Shown piece after piece: positions 54,848-56,984 of a DNA stretch of 56,984 nucleotides. The stretch is from a virus (Duplodnaviria; Caudoviricetes), in IMG/VR virus record IMGVR_UViG_3300021057_000013, positions 1 to 56,984 of that record; one strand, given 5' to 3'. The position numbers and the translations under genes were made by a program. The notes under the pieces were generated by a model. That model was not told the origin of the DNA. It saw nothing but the letters and a program-made list of their open reading frames with translations, and made no database searches. Every line of letters starts with the position of its first letter. Positions within the stretch are counted from its first letter, which is position 1.

Positions 54848-55194
54848 AGGGCATTCACCCACCTTGAAGCAGGATGCGGCGAGGGCTTCGGCTTCCGGCC
54901 CCGCAGCGCCGGCTGCGGCCGGTCCAGCGGGTAGCCGATCGGCGGGGCCTTCGGCTGCAGCCGCGGATCGAAGGCCGGCAGATACCAGCGCCGGCTCGGG
55001 GCCGTGGCCTGGCAGCGCCCGCAGCAGAGCCGCACCCACTCGGGCCGGGCCTCGAGCGCGCGGTGCACGCCGCCGAACAACTGATACCGCCGGCAGACGC
55101 CGCACTTGAAGAAGTCACCCGCCTTCAGCTCGCGCAGCAGGCCCTGCGGGGAATAGGCCTGCTCGGGATACTCGGGGCCGATGTAGCGGGTCAT
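54844..55194 (-). CDS. Zn-finger-like hypothetical protein
   Basis: CGVC and CGRC pairs; ATGA coupling. Confidence 0.55.
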   Translation of the reverse strand: MTRYIGPEYPEQAYSPQGLLRELKAGDFFKCGVCRRYQLFGGVHRALEARPEWVRLCCGRCQATAPSRRWYLPAFDPRLQPKAPPIGYPLDRPQPALRGRKPKPSPHPASRWVNAL

Positions 55195-55649
55195 GGGTGC
55201 CGCCGTTCCGCGATCGCCTGCATGGCGATCGAGCGCTGCAGGCCCTGGCGCAGCGCGGGGATCTCGCGCCAGCGGTAGCCGAGTGACATCCCGCCGAGGC
55301 CGCTGATCGGATCGGGGAAGAACCAGCTGGCCCGGATCTGCCGGCCGGTGCGGATGTAGGTAGCCAGATCCCGGCAGAGCGCTTGCAGGGTCGCGTTTCC
55401 GCTGAAGCCCGGCCAATCGTAGATAGCGGCCGTCGGCACCCAGCGCCAGGTGCTGCTGTCGACCCAGAAGATCCGGCCGTCGTCGGCGACCTCGAAGCGG
55501 CTGACCCGCTCCCCGTGGCAGAACCAGCGCGGGCCCGTCGCGGCGATCTGGGCGATGACCTCGTTGGCAATCACCATACGCTGCCGGCGGGCGGCCAGGC
55601 CCTGGCGCTGCCGCGTGGCGGGGGAGACATAGGGTTTGGCTTTATGCAT
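55191..55649 (-). CDS. Conserved-looking phage hypothetical protein
   Basis: SD GGAGGT; RFEVADDGRIFWVD...WPGFSGNATLQAL...YIRTG. Confidence 0.7.
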   Translation of the reverse strand: MHKAKPYVSPATRQRQGLAARRQRMVIANEVIAQIAATGPRWFCHGERVSRFEVADDGRIFWVDSSTWRWVPTAAIYDWPGFSGNATLQALCRDLATYIRTGRQIRASWFFPDPISGLGGMSLGYRWREIPALRQGLQRSIAMQAIAERRHP

Positions 55650-56022
55650 GGGCCACCTCCAAATCAAAATGCTGATGTAGCCGGCGGCGAGACGCTTCCA
55701 GATCCAACTGGACCGAGACCCTGGCCTCTTTGTGTTTTTCTGCCCAGCGGTACATAATGCGCCGGATCAGCTCGGCCTGAATCTCGTTTCGGCGCTTCAG
55801 CACAGGCACCGAGGCGGAAGCATTCATCACCGTGACCCAGTAGGCACCCTCGAGCTGATAGCGAAACGTCGCCTGCATGATGCGGCGATTGGGTCCGGAG
55901 CGGTCCCGGCCCGACTCGAAAAAGGACCAGTTCCGGGGATCGCCGATCTGCCCCCAGAAAGCAGCGTCTTCGCGCTGCCAGTGGCGGCCCACGGTAACGG
56001 TGGGCATCCAGAGATCAGGCAT
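55642..56022 (-). CDS. Hypothetical protein
   Basis: SD GGAGGT before MPDLW. Confidence 0.6.
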   Translation of the reverse strand: MPDLWMPTVTVGRHWQREDAAFWGQIGDPRNWSFFESGRDRSGPNRRIMQATFRYQLEGAYWVTVMNASASVPVLKRRNEIQAELIRRIMYRWAEKHKEARVSVQLDLEASRRRLHQHFDLEVAHA

Positions 56023-56984
56023 GGGCCACCTCCCTGTCAATCGACGTAAACCCCAACTCCGCAAGGTGATCCCTGACGGCGTTGATGGCATACATCCCCT
56101 CGTCCTTCGCCAGCCAGATCGCGCGGATCGTGGCTCGGCGCGCGTCATCGCTGGCCTTGCGGAACCAGTTTTTCAGCTTTCGGAAATTGCCCGTATCCAT
56201 GCCGGGGTTCGGATTCAGCGGGACCAGGTTGATCCGGTAAGCCTCCTCAAGGCCGGTTTCACCCAGGGCCAGCAGGCGCTCGAGCTCGGCCTGCCGCTGC
56301 TGCTCAATCCAGGCCTTTCGCTCACTCTCGGCGCTCTGATGCCGGGCCTGCTCCTGCCGCGCGGCGGCGGCCTGGGGAACCATGCTGAGCGAAGCGATCC
56401 GGGGATCATTCAGCCGGGCCTCGCCCTTACGCCGCTCCGCATCGAGCTGCTCGCGGCGGGCGATCTGCTCGGGCGTCCAGCCGGCGGCGAGCCGGGCCCA
56501 GCGCTCGCGCTGGGCTTCTGGATTCCGCAGCAGGGCAAGCTGCTCGGGGCTCAAGCTGCGGCTGGCGCAGGCTGGCGGGGGAGCTACCGGCGGCTTCGGG
56601 GGCGCAGGCTCAGGAGCGGAAAGCTCTGATGCCATCGCATTCTCAACCGGATCAGGGGCCGACTCAGCAGGCGCAGCATCAGCCGGGGTCTCGGGCGCGT
56701 TCGGGGGCAGGCCGGATGGCGGATCCTGCTGCTGCCGGCGCTGCGCCTCGGCGGCCTCGCGGGCTTCAATCAGCTTCTGCTGCTCGGCCAACTCCTGCAG
56801 CCGAGCCTCGCGGGCGGCGATCTGCTCGCGGCTGAGCTCGCCGCTTTCCTGGGGGGGCGGGGGGGCGGCGGGGGGGCTCTTGCCTCGGAATGCGTCGCTG
56901 AAGGCGCGGCCGATTTCTGGCGCAAGCTCTGTTACCGGCACTGTTCTCACGACAGCGACATGGCCGGGTATCCCTTCCCACTCC
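56015..56984 (-). CDS. Pro-rich protein, 5' truncated (possibly the C-terminus of a replication protein)
   Basis: Frame stays open to the window edge; function guessed from position only. Confidence 0.55.
   Translation of the reverse strand, partial: EWEGIPGHVAVVRTVPVTELAPEIGRAFSDAFRGKSPPAAPPPPQESGELSREQIAAREARLQELAEQQKLIEAREAAEAQRRQQQDPPSGLPPNAPETPADAAPAESAPDPVENAMASELSAPEPAPPKPPVAPPPACASRSLSPEQLALLRNPEAQRERWARLAAGWTPEQIARREQLDAERRKGEARLNDPRIASLSMVPQAAAARQEQARHQSAESERKAWIEQQRQAELERLLALGETGLEEAYRINLVPLNPNPGMDTGNFRKLKNWFRKASDDARRATIRAIWLAKDEGMYAINAVRDHLAELGFTSIDREVAHA

Larger units (their letters stand above)
1..56984. mobile_element. Tailed phage/prophage (siphovirus-like), partial genome
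   Basis: Terminase-portal-protease-capsid-tail tube-tape measure-lysis gene order, dense coupled small genes, no host housekeeping genes, no sheath gene recognised. Confidence 0.95.

Noticed and set aside
55646-56033. Identical 15-bp junction GGAGGTGGCCCATGC at two consecutive genes
   Set aside because: Explained by SD plus overlapping start/stop constraints common in phage operons
1-56984. tRNA/rRNA genes, integrase and att sites
   Set aside because: None recognised by eye; lifestyle cannot be determined from this window

Overview
The whole window is a GC-rich siphovirus-type phage or prophage, cut through a gene at each end; no integrase, repressor or recognisable replication module is in view. 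Small early/accessory genes run on the + strand from 1 to about 11.4 kb and on the - strand from 57 to 48.3 kb. A - strand late operon follows (ParB-like protein, C5 methyltransferase, TerS/TerL, portal, XkdF-type protease, scaffold, major capsid, neck, tail tube, chaperones, a 2366-aa tape measure protein with an M23 peptidase, tail proteins, lysis genes, fibres) and ends at a terminator at 13.5 kb. Main observations: (1) a 181-aa RuvC-less TnpB-like gene whose stop codon lies in a TTGAG...CTCAA palindrome array at one of two near-identical late promoters; (2) an orphan IscB-type omegaRNA (HEARO-like) IS200/IS605 mini-element followed by a diverged duplicate of the gene start it interrupted; (3) a phage-encoded TPR-GT41 (OGT/SPINDLY-like) glycosyltransferase; (4) three dispersed 23-bp palindromes and a recurring GAGAGGAGAGAGG-like motif; (5) a TubY/RacA-like MerR island; (6) two unannotated 32-aa hydrophobic peptides ahead of an RHH regulator. 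All family calls are by eye from motifs; no database search was run.
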